Of a stretch of DNA of 64,000 nt, positions 50,566 to 60,280 are shown one piece after another (position 1 is the stretch's first letter; every line of letters begins with the position of its first letter). Under the pieces are notes generated by a model. The model had not been told where the DNA came from. It saw only the letters and a list, made by a program, of their open reading frames with translations, and searched no databases. Source of the DNA: Candidatus Babeliales bacterium (GTDB taxonomy: Bacteria; Babelota; Babeliae; Babelales; Vermiphilaceae). The stretch is taken from positions 128,001 to 192,000 of the forward strand of contig CAVUQO010000002.1 of assembly GCA_963743635.1 (NCBI GenBank), read 5' to 3'. Both the position numbers and the translations under genes were made by a program.

Positions 50566-50671
50566 TATAAAAGTATATCCATGATCATATCCATAGAAGA
50601 TATCGCAACGATCAAAAAAGAATTTGGTTGCCCTCACTCAATAATCTAATCTCAAGAAAAGACATTCATCT

Positions 50672-52174
50672 ATGAACAAAGCTGTTATCTATGCCCGCGT
50701 CTCCTCCAAGGATCAAGAAGTTGAGGGATTCTCTATTCCAGCTCAGCTCAAGCTATTGAATGAGTATGCCAATAAGCATGGCCACCTTGTTATCCAAGAA
50801 TTTTTTGATGTTGATACTGGAAAAAAGGTAGCAAGAAAAGCTTTTACCGCAATGATAAAGTTGCTTAAGGATGATAGAACGATCCAGCATATTTTAGTAG
50901 AAAAAACAGATCGCTTAACAAGAAACTTCACCAGTTATGTCCAGATTGATAACTTGATCGACAATATAGGTCTACAGGTTCATCTTGTAAAAGAAAATTC
51001 TATAATGACCAAAGATTCTCGATCGAATGAAAAATTCATTTTTGGTATTAAGGTTCTTGTGGCAAAAAATTTTTCAGATAATTTATCCGAAGAAGTAAAA
51101 AAGGGTATGTTGGAAAAAGCCTCCCAGGGAATGTATCCATCAGGTGCGCCGTATGGCTACATGAATGTCAGAGAACCGGGAAAAAGAAAAGGCAGAATTG
51201 AAGTCGATCCCAAAGCTGCACCCTTTGTTAAAAAACTGTTCGAGCTGTACGCCACGGGAGAGTACTCATTACTAAGGCTTCGTCAAAAAATGATTGCTGA
51301 TGGGATGGTCTATAGAAACGGCAAAAATTTCTACACAAGTACAATAGAACTTATCTTGAAAAATGAGTTTTATACCGGCGTCTTTTATTGGGCTGACCGC
51401 AAATATGAAAATGCGTTGCATGACCCTATCGTAAGCAAAGAACTCTTTCGACGCGTGCAAAACGTGCTCGCTAATCCTTACAAAAGCAAATCAAGAAAAG
51501 GGCTATTCCCTTACACCAATCTCATTAGATGCGGTATATGTGGCTGTAGATTCACTGCCGTCATCAAAAAAGAAAAGTATATTTATTATCATTGCACCGG
51601 TGCTAAAGGAAAATGCCCACAAGATTACTTAAAACAAGAAATGATCGAAGCGCAGTTTCTCTTATTATTCAAGAGCTTGTATATCACAGATGAGGTGCAG
51701 GCCATCATCTTACAAAGTATACGTGATAGCATGAAGGATAAAATTGAATACCATAATGCTATGGTAGAACAGTTAACGCAGCAAATTAAGCGCCTACAAA
51801 ATAGACTCGATCAAGCATATCTGGACAAGTTAGACGGTAAAATAGGCGAAGAGTTTTGGTACAGCAAAGCGCAAGAATGGTCTGGGGAAAAAGAAAATCT
51901 AAGCATCAAGCTTCTGGCATTTCAAAGAGCGGATACGCTCTATCTTGAAAACACCAACTTTATCCTGGAACTCGCTAAAAACGCGGCACAGAGGTTTGAA
52001 TCCGGTTCTGTCGAGGGAAAGAGGCGCGTCATTGATACCATAACAGGGAACTGCGTTTACAAAGATGGAAACCTCGATGTAGAGCTGAAATCCGTGTTCA
52101 GTATGATAGTGTCTACCGAAAAAACTGGAAACTGGTGTGCCCGGCAGGATTTGAACCTGCGACCTACGGATTAG
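50672..52174 (+). CDS. Large serine recombinase (integrase); 3' end overlaps tRNA-Arg antisense
   Basis: YARVSS catalytic Ser, DRLTRN, APYGY, recombinase domain HDPIVS, zinc ribbon CGICG..YYHC..C, coiled coil. Confidence 0.95.
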   Translation: MNKAVIYARVSSKDQEVEGFSIPAQLKLLNEYANKHGHLVIQEFFDVDTGKKVARKAFTAMIKLLKDDRTIQHILVEKTDRLTRNFTSYVQIDNLIDNIGLQVHLVKENSIMTKDSRSNEKFIFGIKVLVAKNFSDNLSEEVKKGMLEKASQGMYPSGAPYGYMNVREPGKRKGRIEVDPKAAPFVKKLFELYATGEYSLLRLRQKMIADGMVYRNGKNFYTSTIELILKNEFYTGVFYWADRKYENALHDPIVSKELFRRVQNVLANPYKSKSRKGLFPYTNLIRCGICGCRFTAVIKKEKYIYYHCTGAKGKCPQDYLKQEMIEAQFLLLFKSLYITDEVQAIILQSIRDSMKDKIEYHNAMVEQLTQQIKRLQNRLDQAYLDKLDGKIGEEFWYSKAQEWSGEKENLSIKLLAFQRADTLYLENTNFILELAKNAAQRFESGSVEGKRRVIDTITGNCVYKDGNLDVELKSVFSMIVSTEKTGNWCARQDLNLRPTD

Positions 52175-52209
52175 AAATCCGTTGCTCTATCCAACTGAGC
52201 TACGGGCAC
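52133..52209 (-). tRNA. tRNA-Arg (anticodon TCT)
   Basis: GTGCCCGTAGCTCAGTTGGATAGAGCAACGGATTTCTAATCCGTAGGTCGCAGGTTCAAATCCTGCCGGGCACACCA; full cloverleaf, encoded CCA. Confidence 0.97.
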
Positions 52210-52368
52210 GTACTAATATTTAGAGATAAATATCTGAAAGAAAGGAATATGAGATTATTATAGCCTAAACTGTCAAAGATCTCAAATAAAGACCTTAAAA
52301 ATCATATTCCTATCTATTATCACTGAAAAATAGGAAATGCTGGATGCATTTCATTAATGTATATAATC

Positions 52369-53094
52369 TTAATCATCGTCCAGCCCAACACTGGTGCAGG
52401 GGGTATCGCAAATTTGTTCAGCCAGATAAGAATCTGGAGAATTAAAAGAACAGGGGGAAGGAGGAAGATCAGGCGGGTTGCACGAGCTTTGACACGTAAG
52501 ATCGCCAAAAAGCAACTGTTGTAAAAAGACGGTGGCATAAGGCAACTCTCCTGCCACTGGCTCTGGAACGGGAAAGGTAAGTACAAATGCCAGGTCGAAT
52601 CGGCAATCTGGGTACTTCTTATTAATATAAGAACATTTAAAGGGCGCTTGATACCCAAAAGCATTCAGTAGGTCATGAATTGAGCTATGGTTCCAACAAA
52701 TGACAATATTTTTCCCATCATACTTACTCGAATTGAGAATGAAATTTGCAATTTCATTGACCTGATATCCGTTAAAAGGAGAATGAATGGGCAGTTGAAG
52801 TAATGCTCCTGTTGGCATCATTGTTTCTATGGTGCGAGGGATAAGGCGATCGGATTTAGGAACGGATCGGGAAGCAAAAAGGGCAGCGGGCGGTCCAAAA
52901 TTAAGAAGGTAATCCGTTTGTGTTAAGTAATAAGCCAGAGCTGCAGCTCTTTCTTCTCCCTGCTGAGTTAAGCCACGAGTCACCGGATCTTTTTCTCCAT
53001 GGCGAATGATAATGACTTGAGCCGGAAGTGCATGAAGTAACGCAGACCAAACTATGCAATGCATAAATAAGCATAAAAAAAGGTTTTTCATCAT
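52369..53094 (-). CDS. Exported histidine phosphatase family protein
   Basis: IIIRHGEK, LTQQGEERA, ICWNH; signal peptide. Confidence 0.85.
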   Translation of the reverse strand: MMKNLFLCLFMHCIVWSALLHALPAQVIIIRHGEKDPVTRGLTQQGEERAAALAYYLTQTDYLLNFGPPAALFASRSVPKSDRLIPRTIETMMPTGALLQLPIHSPFNGYQVNEIANFILNSSKYDGKNIVICWNHSSIHDLLNAFGYQAPFKCSYINKKYPDCRFDLAFVLTFPVPEPVAGELPYATVFLQQLLFGDLTCQSSCNPPDLPPSPCSFNSPDSYLAEQICDTPCTSVGLDDD

Positions 53095-53099
53095 TCCCC

Positions 53100-54125
53100 T
53101 TAAAAATCAAAGCATACGGAAAAAGCCAGACCATTGAGAGAGAGATTTCGGTCATTGCTTACTAGCCCGAATCTATCCCCTGCAAGTTCAACTTGGTCAA
53201 AGAAAAGATGATATTCCCATCCGAGCGCATAAGTGAGAGCGTAACGTTCTTTGCACAAAAAGGTCTTACACGAGATTCCTCCCATTGCATCGAGCATCCA
53301 TCGAAATCCGCGTGGGCAGCAATTCCTCTGGTAACGTAACGACTTTAAATAGGTTTCCGTTTGGCACACTTTAAAAAAACCATAGTTTAAAGTACCGCAT
53401 GCACTTGCATAGAGGCTCAATTCCCTTGTCAAATTGATTTGAGGCTCTATTCCTAATCGAGGACCGATCCCCCAAAAATTATTTTTCATGTTGATAGCAT
53501 CATATCCAAAGGTACTATCCAGTGCAGGTAAATTAAGACCATTGGCAAAGATTCCACCCCCATAGCGTACATCAAGATCTTGATTAATCCACGCAGCACG
53601 AAGACCGAAAAAAGGACGTAAAAACCATCGATTATCCCAAGAAAAATCTCGCCCAAAATCAAGATCCAAAAGATTAAGATTGAGATTCCAATACATTTTT
53701 GCTTTTGATACCCAATCGAAAGGGATAATATCATCAGCTAAAGACCAGATGGGAAACATTCCTAAACCTATGTTTTCATTAGTCGTTCTACATTGTTGTG
53801 CATGGGTATTGAAATGAGTCAAATTTATGTTCATATCCCACTTGCAGCTTGGGAAAATATATCCAAAGCCGATACGATAACCAACATTCCCGGTTAAATG
53901 AGATTTAACATCTGGCTGCAACGTCACATTGGCGGTAGTAAACAGATTGGTCATTTGATTGGTCAGAACGACGCTCTTTTCTTTTGGAACAAAATAAAGC
54001 AAGTCAACATTCAACGAAAGCTGAGTGTTGCATTCTGTCTGATTTTCTGCGCTGAGCATATTTCCATACAATGGAACTGTTAAACAAAGCATAAGAAGCG
54101 CAAGACTGCATAACCTATTTTTCAC
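53100..54125 (-). CDS. Outer-membrane porin-like protein (Legionella MOMP/Lpg1974-like)
   Basis: GYRIGFGY, LDLDFGR, LRPFFGLRAAWINQ, FWGIGPRLG, GWEYHLFFDQ, terminal FDF. Confidence 0.75.
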   Translation of the reverse strand: MKNRLCSLALLMLCLTVPLYGNMLSAENQTECNTQLSLNVDLLYFVPKEKSVVLTNQMTNLFTTANVTLQPDVKSHLTGNVGYRIGFGYIFPSCKWDMNINLTHFNTHAQQCRTTNENIGLGMFPIWSLADDIIPFDWVSKAKMYWNLNLNLLDLDFGRDFSWDNRWFLRPFFGLRAAWINQDLDVRYGGGIFANGLNLPALDSTFGYDAINMKNNFWGIGPRLGIEPQINLTRELSLYASACGTLNYGFFKVCQTETYLKSLRYQRNCCPRGFRWMLDAMGGISCKTFLCKERYALTYALGWEYHLFFDQVELAGDRFGLVSNDRNLSLNGLAFSVCFDF

Positions 54126-54386
54126 GGTTCCTCCCGACAATTTGTATGGACCAATTGATACTAGAAAATTTAAAATATAGCTGTCAATGGATTATCATTA
54201 AGGACGAATTGTGAAATTCGAAAATAGATAAAAAAGAGTAGGCCAACTCAAAATTTCGAATCAAGAAAAAAAGAGTTAGCCAAATGCTAAAAAGTATACA
54301 GATTTCATCACCCAAAATACGAGGCATAAAAAGACAGTAATAGACCCAAGTTAATAGGTCGAGATGTTTTCTTTGAATCATGCCCT

Positions 54387-55799
54387 TTAACAATTTTGAT
54401 CAACCGTTACAACAACTGGTACTGAGGTGGTGCCTACCTGATTAGTGCCGACGATATAGTAAGTGTAGGTGAGATTTGGATTGGTATTATGATCTAAGAA
54501 CATTGGCGGTTGACCAGTGAGCACTGTGCCAGCAAGTTGGGTCAATGCCGCATCCCGGTAGATTGAATAACTTGCGGGGAGTGAAGGGCCGGTGACTGTC
54601 CAAGTGAGTCTATTGATATAATCGGTTTGTGAGAAATATCTATTGTGTGTTCTGCATCCTTGTGCGGTGATCTGGAATGTTTGCAATGCGATGACGCTTA
54701 CCGTGTTGGATGTGTAGTTGGTAACGTAGGCAAAATTACCGTCAGGAGATATGGCAATTTCATTAGGAGATTGGCCAACATCAATCGTTGTTGGCAACAC
54801 TGCATTGTTTGTGATGTCAATAACATTCACGGTTCCTTGGCCTGCCGTTAATCCGGTGAAGTATGTTTGTCCCATGTAGAGCGTGTTATAATTACTGATC
54901 AACGCATAACGGCCATCGGGTGAGATGGCGCTGCCTGCAGGTTGGATGCCCAGTGAATACGTGTTAATAATGGAATTCGAGCTCAAATCAATTTGACTGA
55001 CGGTAGTGCCGAATGGCGAGAAGTTATTGCTACCAAAATTAGTGACGAATGCATAATTGCCGTCCGGCGAGAGTGTAATGTTGAAGGGTCCAAAGAGACC
55101 AGTGACCACGTGGAGCGTTGCGGTATTAGTTGCAGTGTCAATGATCGTAATTGATCCATCATCGGGGACGCCATAGCTATAATCTATGACATAGACCTTG
55201 CTGCCATCAGATGTTATGGCTAATGCTGCAGGAGCGAGGCCCACGTTGATTGTTGCGCCAAGCGTAGGAGTAGTATTGAGATTGTTAACCACATTAACGG
55301 TATGTCCCCTACCGCTGCCAAGAATAGGGCCGCCATAGTTACATACATATCCTGTGTTGCCGTCGGGCATTATTACCATGCCAGATGGGCCATCGAAGCC
55401 ATTAATGGTGCCGATAACGGTGTTGGTTGCAATATCTATGATGGTTACTGTTGAACCAGTACTGTTGGTGATATATGCCCGAGTGCCGGCAGGATTAATG
55501 GTAACGGTGTATGGTTGCAAAAAGGTATTACTATAAATGGTGGTTACCACGGCGTTGTCCGAAAGATCAATGACAGTGACTGAATCAGAATTTACGGTCT
55601 CACCAGCAGGATTGATGTTTTGTAATCCATAATTATTATTGTTCGCGACGTACGCAAAGCGACCATCAGGTGTGATTGCAATGCCACCGGGCGTAACGCC
55701 TACATTAATGGTTGCAACGACGGTATTGGCTGGAGCTGCAGCCAGAAATGCAGGTGATAATAACAAGCTGATTGCGCAGATGATTGATTTTTTTAACAT
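54387..55799 (-). CDS. YVTN/YncE beta-propeller protein with a single FN3-like C-terminal domain
   Basis: IAITPDGRFAYVAN, IAISPDGNFAYVTN repeats; C-terminal GC...NR...QTDYIN.LTW..YRDA.LTQL..DHN. Confidence 0.85.
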   Translation of the reverse strand: MLKKSIICAISLLLSPAFLAAAPANTVVATINVGVTPGGIAITPDGRFAYVANNNNYGLQNINPAGETVNSDSVTVIDLSDNAVVTTIYSNTFLQPYTVTINPAGTRAYITNSTGSTVTIIDIATNTVIGTINGFDGPSGMVIMPDGNTGYVCNYGGPILGSGRGHTVNVVNNLNTTPTLGATINVGLAPAALAITSDGSKVYVIDYSYGVPDDGSITIIDTATNTATLHVVTGLFGPFNITLSPDGNYAFVTNFGSNNFSPFGTTVSQIDLSSNSIINTYSLGIQPAGSAISPDGRYALISNYNTLYMGQTYFTGLTAGQGTVNVIDITNNAVLPTTIDVGQSPNEIAISPDGNFAYVTNYTSNTVSVIALQTFQITAQGCRTHNRYFSQTDYINRLTWTVTGPSLPASYSIYRDAALTQLAGTVLTGQPPMFLDHNTNPNLTYTYYIVGTNQVGTTSVPVVVTVDQNC

Positions 55800-55990
55800 G
55801 ACTCTCTCTTTTTTGTAATGGGTTACTCAAGAATTCTTGATACCCTCAAAACTAATTGCAAAACAAAAAGTGTCAATGTGTTGCGCGAGCAGAATTGTGG
55901 CTGTAACTAAAAATCAATGATTTGCAGCAAAAAAAAATGAGGCGGCCGGGACAAAATCACCAGCCGCCCTTATAAGCTCTGTGGAAGATA

Positions 55991-56710
55991 TTATTCTTCG
56001 TTTACTTTTTTAGTAACGCGCTTGATTGCTTTGTCTTCTAACTCTATAACCACTGCTTTTTTAATTTCAATCTCACCTTTGAGTCTAGAGGTAAGCTCTT
56101 CTGATTTCAGATAAGCTTTCATCTTGCGTTCAACCGTCTTGATAACATCGTTGTATTTTACCCTTGCTGCTGTAATGTCCTCAACCTTAGTTGCTTTTTT
56201 TGCATCTTTATGAAATTGCATTACTGCCTTTTGAATATCTTGGTCGAGGCTCTTGTATTGGTCCATCTCTTCTTTTTTTGCAGCAGCTTCTTTTTCTGCT
56301 GCTTCTTTAAAGAAGAGAGCAGTTTCTTTTTCTTCTTTTTGTCTAAGAGCTTTTGCTTCTCTCGCACTTTCTTGCGATATTGCTTGTCTTTCTCTTCGTT
56401 TTCTCAGTACTTCACGACCTTCAGGAGTGCTTGCAAGTTCTTCGTCAACTTTTCTCGTTTGTTCACGTTCAGCTACCGCTCTGCCATATGCTTCACTAGT
56501 TCTGACGTTTTCTTTTTCGCGTGTGCTTGCCATTCGTTCTGAGCGTAATATATCTTCTTCATACGCAAGTTGTCTTTCTCTTGCTAATTTGTTTGCGGCG
56601 GTGCCTGCTTTTTCAGCTCTTTCAGCCAAGCGTTCAGTTTCACTCATTGCCGTTACGTTGGTGACTGGAAGTGCGAGAGCGATAAGGAGTACTTTTTTTA
56701 AGACTGTCAT
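55991..56710 (-). CDS. Exported coiled-coil protein
   Basis: Signal peptide ending VTA-M; E/K/R/A-rich; AGGA RBS. Confidence 0.7.
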   Translation of the reverse strand: MTVLKKVLLIALALPVTNVTAMSETERLAERAEKAGTAANKLARERQLAYEEDILRSERMASTREKENVRTSEAYGRAVAEREQTRKVDEELASTPEGREVLRKRRERQAISQESAREAKALRQKEEKETALFFKEAAEKEAAAKKEEMDQYKSLDQDIQKAVMQFHKDAKKATKVEDITAARVKYNDVIKTVERKMKAYLKSEELTSRLKGEIEIKKAVVIELEDKAIKRVTKKVNEE

Positions 56711-56954
56711 ACCAGAGTCCTTTCCTATAAGAGGATAAAAAGGGTTATTTTTCATCACCATACTGAGAATATATTTGAGTATGCAATGATTTTTTAATGA
56801 GCTTTTAGAATCCGTACATTTAAGATTGTTTTGCCCGACGCGGTGAAACGGTGATGCATTTTTTCTTTATGTTCAAAGTTATTGATTTTTGATTACGGGG
56901 CTTCCTATACTCGCCTATGATCGATGATTGGTATTATAAAAAAGGAAAATAGCT

Positions 56955-57332
56955 ATGAATAATGCTAAAGTTTTGCACACATGGGTACTGTTAAAAAGCA
57001 CGTATACGCTTGTGCCGATATTGCTTGGCCTTGATAAATGCTTTACGGGTTTGATTGTTAATTGGGCAAAATATGTCAGTCCGTTCATAGCTCAATATAT
57101 TCCGATGGGAATGTCTCAATTTTTAATGGTAGTTGGTATCATAGAAATTGTAGCAGGCTTACTAGTCTGGTTTTATCCGCGATTTGGCGCGTATCTCATA
57201 GTGGCATGGATGGGGTTAATCATATTTGATTTAGCAACCATGAATGCAATGTATGATATTATTGCGCGTGATATCGTAATTGCTATTGGTGCTCTTGCCC
57301 TTGCTTGGCTCAGTGATGCGGTTCAGTCATAA
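56955..57332 (+). CDS. DoxX-like membrane protein
   Basis: PILLGLDK, VGIIEIVAG, YDIIARD; four hydrophobic segments. Confidence 0.75.
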   Translation: MNNAKVLHTWVLLKSTYTLVPILLGLDKCFTGLIVNWAKYVSPFIAQYIPMGMSQFLMVVGIIEIVAGLLVWFYPRFGAYLIVAWMGLIIFDLATMNAMYDIIARDIVIAIGALALAWLSDAVQS

Positions 57333-57798
57333 GCTATTTCCGATTATAGTTTTTTCTTTTGTTGGTGCTGCACATGCAGTTGGGGATTTCGAGTCGGCAC
57401 GCAACACTGTTCTCTCGCGGTTGAGCCAAGAAGAGCCTACATGTTTAAAAGAATTTGATAGCTTTTTCAAAAGATACGATGCGTTGGTAGTTAGTTTTTT
57501 TGATAAGAAAAATAATGACCCGCTCGAAACGCATATCGAGCATATGGAAAAAGAACTGCAAACGCTCAAGAATGTATGTGAGGATGCACGATATCGCTGC
57601 GTCAATCCCATTCTGTGTAATTATCGTACGCATATAACAGAACTTATCACGCTCTTAAAGGATTATATCGGCTCGCATGATGCCTTATCGTTAGCATTCA
57701 AAGTACGTAAATTTAAGACCATTTTGCCCGAAGCGGTGAAACAGCGAGGAGATATTTCTCTTTTTTGGTCCTTGTATCATCGACTCAGATGTGAATGA
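57316..57798 (+). CDS. Exported hypothetical protein
   Basis: Signal peptide MRFSHKLFPIIVFSFVGAAHA. Confidence 0.65.
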   Translation: MRFSHKLFPIIVFSFVGAAHAVGDFESARNTVLSRLSQEEPTCLKEFDSFFKRYDALVVSFFDKKNNDPLETHIEHMEKELQTLKNVCEDARYRCVNPILCNYRTHITELITLLKDYIGSHDALSLAFKVRKFKTILPEAVKQRGDISLFWSLYHRLRCE

Positions 57799-57972
57799 TG
57801 GCTGAATCAAGGAATGATTTTTTTCATACTATTGCACAGCGCAAAAGAAAGCGGAGTGCCCAGTACTGATTGTAGCGCGCCGCCAATAGCAAATGAGCGA
57901 TAGGGAGAAAAATAAGCATCTAAAAGTGTTGTTTTCTTAGATCCCGAAAGGTACTAATACTTGATGTCTATT

Positions 57973-60156
57973 TTACGCTGCCATCTGTTCTAAGTGCTCA
58001 ATTCTGGATTTCAAATGCTCGATGACTGCTAATAATTGAGCGATGGTGGCGTGCTGTTGATCTAAGGCGTTCTTATGCTTTTGAATCTCTCTGATGGTAA
58101 GCGCATGAAAACCTTGGTAGTTAAGACTATTTACTTGACCGTCTTTGAAAAGCACCATATTTAACTCCGGTGCTTTTTCATATAGTTCTTCAGCTATAAA
58201 TCCAGGGACATTCTTTTCTTCATTATAATTATAATCAAAAAGTACCGGCTTAATCTCATATAGAAGATTTGATTCCTGTTCTATCGAGCGAATATTTTTT
58301 TTATACCGCTTACTTGAAGGCGCAGCTAAATAAACCTTGCCAGTACCATCTGCAACGAGTGAAGTTGCATAAACTGGAGTATGCAATAAATTCTCCAACT
58401 GCAATGGCGTATCATCATATAAGGCTGTTCCTGCAACACTTAACAAACACGTAACGGTGCTGCCAGTTCCCGGTGCAACAACCTCAAGTTTTGTGGTCGG
58501 TGTGTTGGTGCCGATGCCAACTTTAAAGTTGGTATCATATATACTACTACCTAAAATAAGAGAATCTGCTTGTGGAGCCATGGCTTTTTCGCCTATTGCA
58601 ATACTGTTGGTTGCTAAAGCAGCTGCATTGGTACCTATTGCAATACTATTGCTTGCTGAAGCATTTGCATTTGTACCTATTGCAATTGCTGATTCTTCGT
58701 AAACTCCTGCGTTGGCATTTGCATTGGTGCCAATAGCAATATCATTACCTTGTATTGCTTGTGCGGTGTGTCCTATTGCGATGCTACTATTCCCATTACA
58801 GGTTGAGCTATTTCCCAGGCAAACAGTATTGTCGTTTGTAGCAGTTGTGGCATTGCCAACAGCAAGTGAAGCAAATCCTGAACTTGTAGAGGCAGTTCCG
58901 ATCGCAATACCAAATTGATTAGATACGTGAGCATTTTGGCCAATTGCAATATCATCGCCACCGCTCGCTTGGGCATTGGTGCCAATACCAATATCATTGC
59001 CTTGTATCGCTTGAGCCGTGTGGCCTATTGCAATGCTGCTATTCCCATTACAGGTTGAACCATTTCCTAAGCAAACAGCATTATCTTGCGTAGAAGTTGT
59101 AGCATTACCAACAGCAAGTGAAGCAAATCCTGAGCTTCTAGATATACTGCCAATCGCAATACCAAAAGAATTAGATGTTTGAGCGCTTTGGCCAATTGCA
59201 ATATCACTATTGCCAATAGCAACTGAACTATTTCCAAGGGCTATAGTGTCATTTGCCGAAGTTAATGTGTTATTTGCTTGCGTACCAATGGCAATGTTGT
59301 CTGCTCCGACTACACCAACATTGACCGGGCCATTTGCAATAAAAAGGTTGCGTGCACCAATATCATACATACTAATGTTCGTAGAATTTGTTAATGGACC
59401 ACCCAATACGAGTTGACCTGAAAGCGCCGAAGCGGGTTGTATAACCGTGTTACCATTGGTATCCACACGTAAATTTTGCGTTGCACCACCATCAACACTC
59501 ACAAAAACACCCTTATCATTGGGTATAGGGCTACTACAAATACGTGCTTTTTCCGCCAAACTTGAATCTTTAAAAATGATACATGCTTGTTGTGGGTTGC
59601 CTATGAGAGTGAAACTGTTGTTAACAGTGGGTGAAATTATGGTTAAAATGCCGGCAATTTTTAAATCGCCACATACGGTTAAATTACGGGTCACTTTCAA
59701 ATTACAAAAAGTTTTTGATTTAGGCTTTCGAAATTCCAGATCTTGATCCTCTTCAATATCTATATTCATCAATCCCGCGGTAAGGTGATTCCAGTAATCA
59801 TGTAAGGAAATCTTAAGCTGTGTATATTGTTCAGAGGGAAATGCATCCTTATTAATTTCTAAGATATGCAAAGCTTCTTCCAGCACTTTTATAACTAATG
59901 ACCTTGGTCCTGTAGTATAACCTTCAGCAATTAATGAGCCCAGAGTTGCGAGAGATTCAGCATTTATCGTTTCATATGCAGTCTCATAAATGGTTACAAG
60001 ATCAGTTATTATCGTGCCAAAATATACAAACTCTTGATCTTGCTGCAAAATTTTTTCTGTCTCGTGATGTGAGAGGGTAATTTCTGCAGGTAGAATGGTG
60101 TGCATTGAAAATATGCAGGCAATTATAAAGATGCGCCCTGAAAGTAAATGATTCAT
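57973..60156 (-). CDS. Trimeric fibre/adhesin: YadA-head-like repeats + peptidase S74 chaperone domain
   Basis: ~18 14-residue S/DIAIG..A repeats, VGIGTNTP.TKLEV, SSKRYKKNI, PGFIAEE, terminal coiled coil. Confidence 0.8.
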   Translation of the reverse strand: MNHLLSGRIFIIACIFSMHTILPAEITLSHHETEKILQQDQEFVYFGTIITDLVTIYETAYETINAESLATLGSLIAEGYTTGPRSLVIKVLEEALHILEINKDAFPSEQYTQLKISLHDYWNHLTAGLMNIDIEEDQDLEFRKPKSKTFCNLKVTRNLTVCGDLKIAGILTIISPTVNNSFTLIGNPQQACIIFKDSSLAEKARICSSPIPNDKGVFVSVDGGATQNLRVDTNGNTVIQPASALSGQLVLGGPLTNSTNISMYDIGARNLFIANGPVNVGVVGADNIAIGTQANNTLTSANDTIALGNSSVAIGNSDIAIGQSAQTSNSFGIAIGSISRSSGFASLAVGNATTSTQDNAVCLGNGSTCNGNSSIAIGHTAQAIQGNDIGIGTNAQASGGDDIAIGQNAHVSNQFGIAIGTASTSSGFASLAVGNATTATNDNTVCLGNSSTCNGNSSIAIGHTAQAIQGNDIAIGTNANANAGVYEESAIAIGTNANASASNSIAIGTNAAALATNSIAIGEKAMAPQADSLILGSSIYDTNFKVGIGTNTPTTKLEVVAPGTGSTVTCLLSVAGTALYDDTPLQLENLLHTPVYATSLVADGTGKVYLAAPSSKRYKKNIRSIEQESNLLYEIKPVLFDYNYNEEKNVPGFIAEELYEKAPELNMVLFKDGQVNSLNYQGFHALTIREIQKHKNALDQQHATIAQLLAVIEHLKSRIEHLEQMAA

Positions 60157-60280
60157 TATTTCTCCTCGTATGATTCATAGGTTTAAAAGCAGTAGAGCAT
60201 ACAGTGATTTGAATTGCAATATTTTTACAAAACGGTATTTAATATCGTAGAACGTGGAAGGATACCGCACGATCGGTGAT

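Larger units (their letters stand above)
34332..52142. mobile_element. ~17.8 kb integrative element inserted at the tRNA-Arg(TCT) 3' end (serine recombinase, helicase/primase, enzyme cargo)
   Basis: 10-bp direct repeat TGGTGTGCCC at 34332-34341 and 52133-52142; recombinase at one end; replication genes inside. Confidence 0.85.

Noticed and set aside
34332..52142. Prophage or conjugative ICE
   Set aside because: No terminase, capsid, tail, lysis, relaxase or T4SS genes recognised.
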